A DNA stretch of 64,000 nucleotides from Candidatus Oxydemutatoraceae bacterium (GCA_965219575.1 OZ244779.1:364769-428768); one strand, 5' to 3'; numbered from the stretch's first letter, positions 23,428-32,333 are shown. The notes: generated by a model not told the origin, from the letters alone. Numbers and translations are program-made.

Positions 23428-24783
23428 TCACTTGCCGACGCAGAAGCGGGAAAAAATATCACCCAATAGTTCTTCGGTGCTGTATGCGCCGGTGATGTAT
23501 GCCAGTGCTTGTTGTGCGATGCGCAAGTTCTCGGCAATGATTTCCAGTTTTTGATCTTGCGCTGTTCCATCCTCCATAACGATTTCGGACAACGCTTTTT
23601 CAGCCGTATCCAATGCATCCAGATGCCGTCGGTTGGCAAAAAAAGTGCTACGCTCGGCATCCAAAAAGTCGCCTTGCACGATACGCGCCTTGATTTTCTG
23701 TTGTAGTGTTTCTATACCTTCGCCGGTTTTAGCCGATATCTGCACCTCTATTTCCGGATCGTCGACGGGTGTCGTGAGCAGATCTATTTTGTTAGATACC
23801 ACAAGAACGGGCTGGTCTGTGAATTGCTTTAGCATCGCTCGCTCGGCATCGTCGATTCCACTATGCGCATCCACCAACAGCAAAAGTAAATCGGATGTTT
23901 GCATTGCCAAGTGGGTGCGGCGCATACCTTCTTGTTCTACGGGGTCTACGGTTTCCCTAATGCCTGCGGTATCCGATATCCGAATCGGGATGCCACCGAT
24001 GACAATCTCTCGGCGTACTATATCCCTCGTGGTGCCGGGCTGTTCGTTGACGATCGCTTCCGCTCGCATTGCCAGTCTATTCAATAAGCTGGACTTGCCG
24101 ACATTCGCTTGACCGACGATTGCAAGCTCCGCGCCTTCATATAAACAAAGGCTTTGCCGACCTGCCGTTTTAACCCGACCAATCGTTTGGACGAGGTCTT
24201 GCAGCTGTCGTCTAAGCACTTGCCGGTCAAAGGTTTCTATATCCTCATCGGAGAAATCCAACTCCGCCTCTACCGGGATGCGCAATGCTTTTATGCGCTC
24301 GGCTATTTCTTCAAACCGAGCGGACATTTCTCCTTGCAAGGCGCGTTGTGCGCCGCGTGCGGCTTGACGGCTGGCACTATTGACCAAATCGGCAATCGCT
24401 TCCAACTGCACCAAATCGTATTTGTTGTTGAGAAAGGCGCGTTGGCTGAACTCTCCCGGTTGCGCAAGACGTGCGCCGAGCTGCAACACTCGTTCTAGTA
24501 TCAAGTCCAGCACGATCGGACTGCCGTGCGATTGCAGTTCCAAGACATCTTCTCCGGTGAAACTGGCAGGGGCTTTATACAAAATAGCGATGCCCTCGTC
24601 GATGATTTGACCTTGCGCGTCCATAAAGCGGCTGTAGCACGCGTTGCGTGGTTTTAATGTTGTATGCGTAATCCGTGATGCAATCTCAACCGAGGCTTTG
24701 CCGCTAACCCGCACAACCCCTATGCCGGCCTTGCCCGAGGCGGTTGCGACTGCGGCTATGGTGTCGCCGTCTTTAAGGTTCAT
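23428..24783 (-). CDS. mnmE: tRNA modification GTPase MnmE
   Basis: DTIAAVAT, SFTGED, GQANVGKSS, GTTRD, DTAG, NKID, FCVGK. Confidence 0.98.
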   Translation of the reverse strand: MNLKDGDTIAAVATASGKAGIGVVRVSGKASVEIASRITHTTLKPRNACYSRFMDAQGQIIDEGIAILYKAPASFTGEDVLELQSHGSPIVLDLILERVLQLGARLAQPGEFSQRAFLNNKYDLVQLEAIADLVNSASRQAARGAQRALQGEMSARFEEIAERIKALRIPVEAELDFSDEDIETFDRQVLRRQLQDLVQTIGRVKTAGRQSLCLYEGAELAIVGQANVGKSSLLNRLAMRAEAIVNEQPGTTRDIVRREIVIGGIPIRISDTAGIRETVDPVEQEGMRRTHLAMQTSDLLLLLVDAHSGIDDAERAMLKQFTDQPVLVVSNKIDLLTTPVDDPEIEVQISAKTGEGIETLQQKIKARIVQGDFLDAERSTFFANRRHLDALDTAEKALSEIVMEDGTAQDQKLEIIAENLRIAQQALAYITGAYSTEELLGDIFSRFCVGK

Positions 24784-26477
24784 GATTGCTCTATGCGTTT
24801 ATTGATTACATATTGTTGTGCAATTGAAAGGACATTGTTGATAAGCCAATAGAGTACCAAGCCCGACGGGAAAAAGGCAAAGAAGACGGTAAAGATAATC
24901 GGTAGCAAGGTCATTATTTTGGCTTGTATCGGGTCGGGTGGTGTCGGATTGAGCTTAGTTTGGATTAGCATCGTGGCACCCATCAGCAACGGCAAAACAT
25001 AGTACGGGTCGCGGGTGGAGAGGTCTTGTATCCAAAACATAAACGGTGCTTGTCTGAGTTCGACACTCTCCAACAGCACCCAATAGAGGGCTATGAAAAC
25101 CGGGATCTGAACCAAAATCGGCAGACAACCGCCCAAAGGATTGATTTTTTCTTTTTTATAGAAGTCCATCATCTCCTTTTGCATGCGTGATTTATCGTCC
25201 TTGAAACGTTCGCGCAATGTCATCAAGCTGGGTTGAAATTTGCGCATTCTTGCCATTGATTTATAGCTCATCTCCGACAGCTTATAGAACACCAGCTTTA
25301 TCAGCAAGGTCAGCAAAATGATTGCAACTCCCCAATTTCCGACGCTACCGTAGATTAAATCCAGCAGCCAAAACAGCGGCTTGGATATGATCGAAAAAAT
25401 ACCGTAGTCGGTGGTCAGTTCAAGGCCTTCTTGTATTTCCTCTAGTTGGTTTTGTAGCTTAGGACCGACAAACAGCCGGGTAATAAATCGTCCTTCCTGC
25501 CCCGGTTCCACGACGATCGGTTGTGAGCGCATCCCTATAATGTATTCCGGGCGCACACCGCCTTGCGCAACCCGAGTGTAAAAATCATTGCTTTGCCCGG
25601 CTTCCGGCAACAGTGCCGAGAGAAAATAATGTTGTAGCATCGCAACCCAGCCTTCGACGACTTCTATTCCGAGTTGCTCTTGCGCAATGTCGTCAAACGA
25701 CAATTTGTTGTATTTACCGTCGTAATAGGCGGCGCCGGTAAAGGTATATAACAAGCGAAAGTCCTCTTCGTCAATATGCCCGCGGCGTAATTGCCGATAT
25801 TGCCTCCCCACCCATGCCGTATCGCTATTGTTTTTCACCAAATGCTCGATGTCTAGCAGATAACTGCCGCGCTTGAAGGTGTATATCTTGTTGACCTCTA
25901 TGCCGTCTCCGCTATTCCAATACAGTGCCGTTCGCAAGACCTCGTCGCCGTCGTCCATCACCGCCTCTTGCTGTTGCGCTTGATATTCTTGGTGATGCGA
26001 GGGGGCTTTTTTTCTGAGTGTGTCCCTGTCAATGCCGGCGATCTGATCATGTAATAACCCCGATTGCATCACATAAAAGTTTGCACCTTCTTTATTGTTC
26101 AATAAACGAAAGGGTCGCTCCGGCGTATCTATGCTTTGCGGTTGTTTCAGCAAGTCGGCACGGATGATGTCTCCGCCTCGGGTGCTGATTTCAAGATCCA
26201 ACACATCGGTTATCACCTTGATGCGACCGCTCAACCCACGCTGTGGCGAGTCTTGTATCACGGCATTGGCTTGACCGGGGTCGTGAACAACCGCCTCGGG
26301 CAGATCGTCTTGGGGTGGTGGTGTTGCGGTGTCTCCGTATCGGTTGATTTCGGCTTGCGATGCCGGGGGTTCGGTCAATGCCGCAAGCTGTTCCGATTGC
26401 CAAGTTTGCCACCTTTCCCATAATAGAAAAAGCACCAATGCCAACGATAAATATAATATGAGGCGCGAATTCTCCAT
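24780..26477 (-). CDS. yidC: Membrane protein insertase YidC
   Basis: GNWGVAII, KEKINPLGGCLP, LRQAPF, DPYYVLP, PSGLVLYW. Confidence 0.98.
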   Translation of the reverse strand: MENSRLILYLSLALVLFLLWERWQTWQSEQLAALTEPPASQAEINRYGDTATPPPQDDLPEAVVHDPGQANAVIQDSPQRGLSGRIKVITDVLDLEISTRGGDIIRADLLKQPQSIDTPERPFRLLNNKEGANFYVMQSGLLHDQIAGIDRDTLRKKAPSHHQEYQAQQQEAVMDDGDEVLRTALYWNSGDGIEVNKIYTFKRGSYLLDIEHLVKNNSDTAWVGRQYRQLRRGHIDEEDFRLLYTFTGAAYYDGKYNKLSFDDIAQEQLGIEVVEGWVAMLQHYFLSALLPEAGQSNDFYTRVAQGGVRPEYIIGMRSQPIVVEPGQEGRFITRLFVGPKLQNQLEEIQEGLELTTDYGIFSIISKPLFWLLDLIYGSVGNWGVAIILLTLLIKLVFYKLSEMSYKSMARMRKFQPSLMTLRERFKDDKSRMQKEMMDFYKKEKINPLGGCLPILVQIPVFIALYWVLLESVELRQAPFMFWIQDLSTRDPYYVLPLLMGATMLIQTKLNPTPPDPIQAKIMTLLPIIFTVFFAFFPSGLVLYWLINNVLSIAQQYVINKRIEQS

Positions 26478-26494
26478 CTCGTTTTAGCTCGCTG

Positions 26495-26869
26495 TTACTC
26501 GGGACAATGTACCGCTTGCTGCTGCCAAAAATGCGCAAGTTTTTTGTGGAGCATCGGTGCGTCTATTCGGTTTTGTTCGCCTCTATAACTGACTAGATAA
26601 TCCCGTCCGGGTAGTTTTAGTCGGTAGATGCGAAAAGTCTCTTTGATAATTCTTTTAATTCGGTTGCGCTTCACTGCGTGTTTAACTCTTTTCTTTGAAA
26701 TAGCCACTCCTAAACGCGCATGACCACAACGATTGCCTACATGGCGGATTAAAAGATCGCTATCCTTAAATATCTCTGTTCGCTTAGCCGGAAAAATAAA
26801 ATCCGAGGCTTTGCGAAGGCTGAATACTCCTTTTAGATTTTTAACCGCTTTTGCTTCGTCGCCATCCAA
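26495..26869 (-). CDS. rnpA: Ribonuclease P protein component
   Basis: RLGVAISKK..KHAVKRNRIKR (RNR motif); lies between rpmH and yidC; start uncertain. Confidence 0.9.
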   Translation of the reverse strand: MDGDEAKAVKNLKGVFSLRKASDFIFPAKRTEIFKDSDLLIRHVGNRCGHARLGVAISKKRVKHAVKRNRIKRIIKETFRIYRLKLPGRDYLVSYRGEQNRIDAPMLHKKLAHFWQQQAVHCPE

Positions 26870-26890
26870 AATAGTTCTATTGCCATTGTA

Positions 26891-27025
26891 TTAAGGGCAA
26901 AGCGCAGATCGACCGCGACGACGACGGGCATTAAGAATCGCACGGCCGCTACGCGTTTTCATGCGCGCACGAAAGCCATGCGTTCGTTTGCGTTTAAGAT
27001 TACTGGGCTGAAATGTCCGTTTCAT
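26891..27025 (-). CDS. rpmH: 50S ribosomal protein L34
   Basis: Manual translation [44 protein letters not shown] (44 aa, below the ORF-track cutoff). Confidence 0.98.
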   Translation of the reverse strand: MKRTFQPSNLKRKRTHGFRARMKTRSGRAILNARRRRGRSALCP

Positions 27026-27337
27026 TGTTTGGTCTCTAAAATACTCGGTTCAGGGTGCTTAATGTAACACTTTTGCGCTTTTTTTTCAACTTCGGAGGTT
27101 GACACTTCGGGGTTTGACAGATTAATGTGTTTGCCCATTAATTGAAAATTAATATCAATGCCGTGCTACAACATGGCGAGTTTTTGCGTCAAGTGCAAGA
27201 GCATCAAACCAAATCTTGGATAAATGCCGACATGGGCGACCGTAAGCCATCTCAAACTACCGCATTGGACGCCATTCTAGAAATTGCACAAAAATACAAA
27301 AAAAAGGTTCTAGCAGCGGCGGGAAAAAGTTGGGAGA

Positions 27338-27366
27338 TTGACGAAGTTATGCACCGGTTTTATAAT
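27338..27366 (+). promoter_or_regulatory. Near-consensus sigma70 promoter for DUF1640-like copy 3
   Basis: TTGACG-N17-TATAAT. Confidence 0.7.
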
Positions 27367-27398
27367 AGTAATTTACAGACAACAAAGAGAGATTAGAT

Positions 27399-27662
27399 AT
27401 GTCAGAAATAGCACTTTATGACACCTTAAGAAAAATACCGGAAGTGTCCGATGCCGAAGCAAAGGAAGCGGTTGCCGATGTTGCGAGTTCAAAGGAAATG
27501 GCAACGAAGGCAGATATAGCAGAAGTAAAGGGAGAGCTAAAGGCAGATATAGCAGAACTAAAGGCGGACAACAAGGCGGTAAAGTGGATGTTGGGTTTAT
27601 TGCTAGCGATAAATGTTGCCTTTATTGTGTCGGCTGTTAGCTTGCTAGTTAGGTTTGCATAA
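27399..27662 (+). CDS. DUF1640/CCDC90-like protein, copy 3
   Basis: MSEIALYDTLRKI..ATKADI..ELKAD heptads..KWMLGLLLAINVAFIVSAVSLLVRFA. Confidence 0.8.
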   Translation: MSEIALYDTLRKIPEVSDAEAKEAVADVASSKEMATKADIAEVKGELKADIAELKADNKAVKWMLGLLLAINVAFIVSAVSLLVRFA

Positions 27663-27689
27663 CTAGATTTAGCTAAGTGTAGTACGAGT

Positions 27690-27765
27690 GGGGCTGTTGA
27701 AAAAGTACCGTTCTGCACGAACCCAACCGCTATGCGCCGAATAATTATCCAACCCACCTGTAGGG
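27690..27765. mobile_element. Truncated family-1 element, from the left terminus to the GTAG of the first REP
   Basis: GGGGCTGTTGAAAAAGTA...CCACCTGTAGG; absent at the equivalent site of duplicate unit 2 (~28387). Confidence 0.85.
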
Positions 27766-27949
27766 GTGATGTTCTACCTAAATTTAGTGCCAATGCTAAA
27801 GTTGGTTTTCCGATAAATTAGAGAAGTTAAAAACACTGGAGGCGAATAGAGCTATTGGAGCGGACCTTCTACTGCATTGGATACAATTCTAGAGATCACA
27901 TAAAAATACAAAAAAGAGGTTCTAGCAGCGGCGGAAAAAAGTTGGGAGA

Positions 27950-27978
27950 TTGACGAAGTTATGCACCGGTTTTATAAT
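27950..27978 (+). promoter_or_regulatory. Near-consensus sigma70 promoter for DUF1640-like copy 4
   Basis: TTGACG-N17-TATAAT. Confidence 0.7.
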
Positions 27979-28010
27979 AATAATTCACAGACAACAAAGG
28001 GAGATTAGAT

Positions 28011-28364
28011 ATGTCAGAAATAGCACTTTACGACACATTAAGAAAAATAGACGGAGTATCCGATGCCGAAGCAAAGGAAGCTGTTGCCGATGTTGCGAGT
28101 AATAAAGATGTTGCGACAAAGGCAGATATAATAGAGCTAAAAGCGGAAACAAAAACAGATATCAAAGATATGGCGACCAAGTCCGATATAGCGGAGGTAA
28201 AGACCGATATAGCAGAGGTAAAGACTGATATAGCAGAGCTAAAGGCAGATGTAACAGAATTAAAGGCAGACGGCAGGGCTATGAAGTGGATGTTGGGTTT
28301 ATTGCTGGCGATAAATGTTGCCTTTATTGTGTCGGCTGTTAGCTTGCTAGTTAGGTTTGCATAA
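28011..28364 (+). CDS. DUF1640/CCDC90-like protein, copy 4 (expanded stalk)
   Basis: Second ATKxD neck and 21-bp DIAEVKT heptad repeats. Confidence 0.8.
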   Translation: MSEIALYDTLRKIDGVSDAEAKEAVADVASNKDVATKADIIELKAETKTDIKDMATKSDIAEVKTDIAEVKTDIAELKADVTELKADGRAMKWMLGLLLAINVAFIVSAVSLLVRFA

Positions 28365-28475
28365 CTAGATTTAGCTAAGTGTAGTACAGGTGATGTTCTC
28401 CCTAAATTTAGCACCGATGCTAAAGTTAGTTTTTCCGATAAACTAGAGAAGTTAAAACATTGGAGGGGAATGGAA

Positions 28476-28985
28476 TTACTGGAGCGGACCCTCTAGAAAA
28501 ACTTTGCTGCGGATGAAAATAGCCGTGCCGGGGTAAAGTAAAGCAAAGTTATTAGGATCCCGTTGGAAACGATCATCAGCATCAAACAACTCAATTCTTA
28601 TAGTTTGACGCCTATCAAAAGGCCTATTCAATGTTAGTCTCAGGGTTATATCGTTTTCGCTAGCAGCAGCATCTATGCAGACGCGATACGTGAGTTGTCC
28701 TCTTAAGTTAGTGCGTGTGAGAGGATTTGTCTGTCCACAGGCAGTATAGCCCGGAGCATCTAAGATGTTTCCCTCTGCGAGAGAAACACCGAAAAATACA
28801 ATTGGATAATCTGCAAAGTTACTACCCGTAATTTGCTCGCTTAAGCTGATGCTGAAATTTATTGTGAAGGTCGTGGTTGATACCATTCCTAGGCTAGCCA
28901 TAACTTGCGCGGAAGCCCCATTTGCCGAGCAGATGAACAGTAAGCACAAACCGGCACGGATTAAGTAATATCGAAAGTATTTCAT
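28476..28985 (-). CDS. Secreted hypothetical beta-rich protein ending IRSKVFLEGPLQ
   Basis: Signal peptide MKYFRYYLIRAGLCLLFICSANGASA; C-terminal motif shared with the S8 proteases. Confidence 0.65.
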   Translation of the reverse strand: MKYFRYYLIRAGLCLLFICSANGASAQVMASLGMVSTTTFTINFSISLSEQITGSNFADYPIVFFGVSLAEGNILDAPGYTACGQTNPLTRTNLRGQLTYRVCIDAAASENDITLRLTLNRPFDRRQTIRIELFDADDRFQRDPNNFALLYPGTAIFIRSKVFLEGPLQ

Positions 28986-29088
28986 ATTGCGCAGTATTAT
29001 ATCAATGTTAGCTATTCCCCCTATGGAGTCCAATATGTATCCGGCATTGTACACCTCTTTCAATACAAAATGTTAAAATATAGATAAG

Positions 29089-30216
29089 ATGAGTATTTCT
29101 AGGGCGGCGCAAGCACGCTTAGATGCGATGCTAAAAGAATTTCAGACACTGGCGCAAAGTCAGGTCGGGTACCCTTGCAATCAGAAATTTGATTATTCGG
29201 AACTATCGTCTTTTATGCGCTATTGTCTGAACAATGTCGGCGACCCCTTTCACAAAAGCAATTTTCTCAGCAACACCCACCAAATAGAACGGGAAGTTGT
29301 CGCCGAGTTCGCCGACTTGATGCGTTTGCCGCAAGCACAGGCTTGGGGCTACGTTACCTCCGGTGGGACCGAAGGCAATATGTACGGTTTGTATTTGGGG
29401 CGCGAATTATATCCGAAGGGTGTCGTGTATTTTTCGCAGGATACGCACTACAGCATACTCAAGATTTTGCATGTGCTCAATGTGCGCAACATCATGATCA
29501 AAAGCCAAGATAACGGTGAAATAGATTACGACGATCTTTACGAGACCATACGCATACACCGAGATGTCCCGGTAATTTTCATGGCGAATATCGGAACGAC
29601 GATGAAGGGTGCGGTCGACGACTTAAGCAAAGTACGTAACATATTGAGTGATTTAACGGTCAACAATTTTTACATACATGCCGATGCTGCGTTAAGCGGC
29701 ATGATCTTGGCTTTCGTCGACGACCCGCAACCCTACGACTTTGATGCCGGCATAGACAGCATAGCAATCAGCGGTCATAAATTAATCGGTGCGCCGTTGC
29801 CGTGCGGCGTGGTGCTGACCCGCCGCGATTATGTCAACCGTATCGCCCGTGCGATTGAATATGTCGGTGTTTTAGATACTACTTTGCCGGGGTCGCGCAA
29901 CGCATTAACGCCGTTGATGTTGTGGTATGCGTTTGAGAAGTACGGTCGCGCCGGCTTTAAGAGCGTAGTGGCAGACATGCTTGCGGTTGCCGAGTATGCG
30001 GTGTTGCGTTTCAACAAATTCGGTGTCAAAGCGTGGCGCAACAAAAACTCGGTCACGGTCGTCATTCCTAAACCTTCGGACACATTTCTGCACAACTGGC
30101 AAGTTGCCTCGGAAGGAGACATTGCCCATATCATCACCATGCCCCATGTAGATCGGGTGCTGATAGACCGACTGGTGGATGAATATGTAAAAGATAGACA
30201 GACACAAGCGGCATAA
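29089..30216 (+). CDS. hdc: PLP-dependent histidine decarboxylase (group II; HDC/serine decarboxylase clade)
   Basis: GYP.N..FDY, NNVGDPF, GYVTSGGTEGN, DTHYS, HADAALSG, SGHK (PLP Lys), GSRN. Confidence 0.85.
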   Translation: MSISRAAQARLDAMLKEFQTLAQSQVGYPCNQKFDYSELSSFMRYCLNNVGDPFHKSNFLSNTHQIEREVVAEFADLMRLPQAQAWGYVTSGGTEGNMYGLYLGRELYPKGVVYFSQDTHYSILKILHVLNVRNIMIKSQDNGEIDYDDLYETIRIHRDVPVIFMANIGTTMKGAVDDLSKVRNILSDLTVNNFYIHADAALSGMILAFVDDPQPYDFDAGIDSIAISGHKLIGAPLPCGVVLTRRDYVNRIARAIEYVGVLDTTLPGSRNALTPLMLWYAFEKYGRAGFKSVVADMLAVAEYAVLRFNKFGVKAWRNKNSVTVVIPKPSDTFLHNWQVASEGDIAHIITMPHVDRVLIDRLVDEYVKDRQTQAA

Positions 30217-30230
30217 GGAGAACTCGTATT

Positions 30231-30623
30231 GTGAAAAGAATTATTATCATGGCCGAAAACAAGGTCGGGGTTATCGCCGATATCGGCAAAGCTCTAGCCG
30301 AGAACAAGATCAACATAGAGGCGTTGGATGCCGAAAGCACCGGAGACGACGGCATCGTTATATTGATGACCGATGACCCGGACGGTGCTTTACAAGCATT
30401 GACATACGCCGGGTTTAGGGCGGTGAGCGACGAGGCATTGATTCTCAAATTGAAGGACGAACCGGGGGCACTCGCTAAAATTGCCGAAAAATTCAAACAA
30501 TCCAATCTCAATATACGCAGTTTTCACATACTCGGTCGCAAAGCGGGCTATTCTATGGTTGCGTTGACTACCGACGATAGAGCAAAAGCACAAGCACTCA
30601 TAGACGACAGATACATCATATAA
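30231..30623 (+). CDS. Tandem ACT-domain protein
   Basis: ENKVGVIADI..LAENKINI and DEPGALAKIAEKF...NLNI repeats. Confidence 0.85.
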   Translation: MKRIIIMAENKVGVIADIGKALAENKINIEALDAESTGDDGIVILMTDDPDGALQALTYAGFRAVSDEALILKLKDEPGALAKIAEKFKQSNLNIRSFHILGRKAGYSMVALTTDDRAKAQALIDDRYII

Positions 30624-30629
30624 ACACAT

Positions 30630-30827
30630 GGGGCTGTTGAAAAAGTGTGGATATCGTGCAAATTCAATCGCTTGCGTCGTTCGGGTTTGGTTTCCATAAA
30701 TTGGATGGATGAGTATATAAACATAGTACAGATGCGACACAACCACCCCGTCAGGCTTCGCCTGCCACCCCTCCAAAGGAGGGGAATGTACCGTCCTACA
30801 GTTCGTGGATACTTTTTCAACAGCCCC
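30630..30827. mobile_element. Family-1 element, TIR-bounded, with the hairpin module inside
   Basis: GGGGCTGTTGAAAAAGT...TACTTTTTCAACAGCCCC enclosing CACCCCGTCAGGCTTCGCCTGCCACCCCTCCAAAGGAGGGGAAT. Confidence 0.85.
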
Positions 30828-30837
30828 ATATCATTAG

Positions 30838-31281
30838 ATGAAACAAACCAAAGAGTCGATTGACCCGTTTGCCGAAGTCAACCGCAACCGGTCTATTCTA
30901 GAGGTAAGTATGCAAATACAAAAAATCGCACAACACTATCGCTTTGATTGGCGCAATGCAAGGGGCGTGATTGCCAAACTCTACGAGGAACTGGAAGAAA
31001 TAATTGAAGCGGACACCGACACGCCCGAGCGGGAACAGCGCATTGAGGAAGAAATGGGAGACTTTTTATTTACCGCAGTAAGTCTGGCTCGGCACTATTC
31101 CATAAACCCCGAGATTGCCTTGGACAAGGCTAACCGAAAGTTTGAGCGTCGCTTTGAAAAAATGGTGGAGATTATAGAGGAGAACGGTTCAACGATCGGC
31201 TGTGCCACCAAAGAACAAATGGAAGACGCTTGGCACAAAGCAAAGGAACAGGAAAAAGCACCGGTCAAGGCGAACCCATAG
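30838..31281 (+). CDS. Single-domain MazG nucleotide pyrophosphohydrolase-family protein
   Basis: FDW, KLYEELEE, EEEMGDFLF, ANRKFERRF, W.KAK (resembles the C-terminal half of MazG). Confidence 0.85.
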   Translation: MKQTKESIDPFAEVNRNRSILEVSMQIQKIAQHYRFDWRNARGVIAKLYEELEEIIEADTDTPEREQRIEEEMGDFLFTAVSLARHYSINPEIALDKANRKFERRFEKMVEIIEENGSTIGCATKEQMEDAWHKAKEQEKAPVKANP

Positions 31282-31334
31282 GTTCGCCTCTGCGCAAACG
31301 ATTTTTGTTATGCTTACTTAACGCAAGTTTTGCC

Positions 31335-31859
31335 CTAAAAGGGCAGACCGTGTCCCGCGCCGCCGCCGATCATGCACAGTAGCATCGGTATAGAAAGCAA
31401 AGTGTTAGTACGAGATGCCATCAGTGCCTTCCGCTTGGCCGAGGCTTTCTCTTCGTCGCTAACCTGTATGCCGCCGATGCCCAATACCTTTTTTTGGTTC
31501 GGCCAAATAATGCCCCATACATTGAGCAACATAATGGTACCGAGCCATACACCTACGCCGATAACTTCATAGGGTGGATTGAGCAAAAACACTTTCGTGG
31601 TACTTCCGCCACCGTAGAGAATTTCTATTGCGGCAGCACCGGTGAGCCAGGTAAGCAAGGCACCGTAACGAAACCATGCAAGTGCTCGCGGCGCAACATA
31701 TTTATTGATTGCGGCCGGACCGGGACCGTCTTTGTCGCTCGTCGCCTCGGCAACCGCCGGCACTTGTACGAAATTAAAATAATAGAGCAAGCCTATCCAA
31801 ACAATTCCGACCAATACGTGTAGCCACACGATCAAAGAATTCATGTTCATCATTTCCAT
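31335..31859 (-). CDS. Urate hydroxylase PuuD-like (DUF989) membrane protein
   Basis: WLHVLVGIVWIGLLYYFNFVQ, NVWGIIWPNQK, SRTNTLLSIPM. Confidence 0.8.
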   Translation of the reverse strand: MEMMNMNSLIVWLHVLVGIVWIGLLYYFNFVQVPAVAEATSDKDGPGPAAINKYVAPRALAWFRYGALLTWLTGAAAIEILYGGGSTTKVFLLNPPYEVIGVGVWLGTIMLLNVWGIIWPNQKKVLGIGGIQVSDEEKASAKRKALMASRTNTLLSIPMLLCMIGGGAGHGLPF

Positions 31860-31885
31860 AGTGATATCTCCTTATGTCCGAGACA

Positions 31886-31963
31886 TTAAAGAATTAAGCT
31901 AATTATCGCTGCCAAAATAAAGCCGGCGATAATTGTTCCGGTAATAGAGTCAAGTGGGTTCAT
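31886..31963 (-). CDS. Small hydrophobic ORF (25 aa) upstream of the puuD-like gene
   Basis: GAGGAGG RBS, then MNPLDSITGTIIAGFILAAIISLIL*. Confidence 0.55.
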   Translation of the reverse strand: MNPLDSITGTIIAGFILAAIISLIL

Positions 31964-32082
31964 AACACCTCCTCTTCGTTAAGTGGGTTTAGCCGACGAT
32001 TATATCACAACACCGTAAATTTGATATTAAGAATGAAATTGTACAAAATAATGCCAACCTACTTTTGAGACGCTAAACTCTC

Positions 32083-32306
32083 GGGAATTATATAGCTAAC
32101 TTGACAACCCCATTAGACTTCCTCGCCACCCTATTTATTGACGCTTCGCAGACCATAATTGCAATCTCCATGTCCAGCTGTGGTATTTCCAACCCCCGAT
32201 CTGCACCCAAGCAAATGTGGAATGGCTGTTATTCGGATAGTTCATACTATATTACAAAATTTCTTTCCTGCGCTTTATTTTTTGCCAAGTTATCTATATA
32301 ATTGCC
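32083..32306. mobile_element. MITE family 2 (GG(G/C)AATTAT ends, IS1595/ISNwi1-like)
   Basis: GGGAATTATATAGCTAACTTGACA ... TGCCAAGTTATCTATATAATTGCC inverted termini; related to 57128-57267. Confidence 0.7.
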
Positions 32307-32333
32307 CATAGTTTTACATAGGAGGAATTAAAT

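Larger units (their letters stand above)
27258..28494 (+). repeat. Tandem duplication of two ~610-625 bp units, each carrying a DUF1640-like gene and its promoter
   Basis: GCATTGGA..ATTCTAGA..GGTTCTAGCAGCGGC..GTTGGGAGATTGACGAAG and the downstream TAACTAGATTTAGCTAAGTGTAGTAC..GGAGCGGACC are both repeated; junction near 27870. Confidence 0.88.

Noticed and set aside
27026-27140. Replication origin or dnaA promoter next to rpmH
   Set aside because: No dnaA gene and no TTATCCACA boxes were seen; there is only a short ACTTCGG..TTGACA direct repeat.
27142-27396. 84-aa ORF upstream of DUF1640-like copy 3
   Set aside because: It has a TTG start with no clear RBS, overlaps a consensus promoter, and its duplicate in unit 2 is disrupted; at most a gene remnant.
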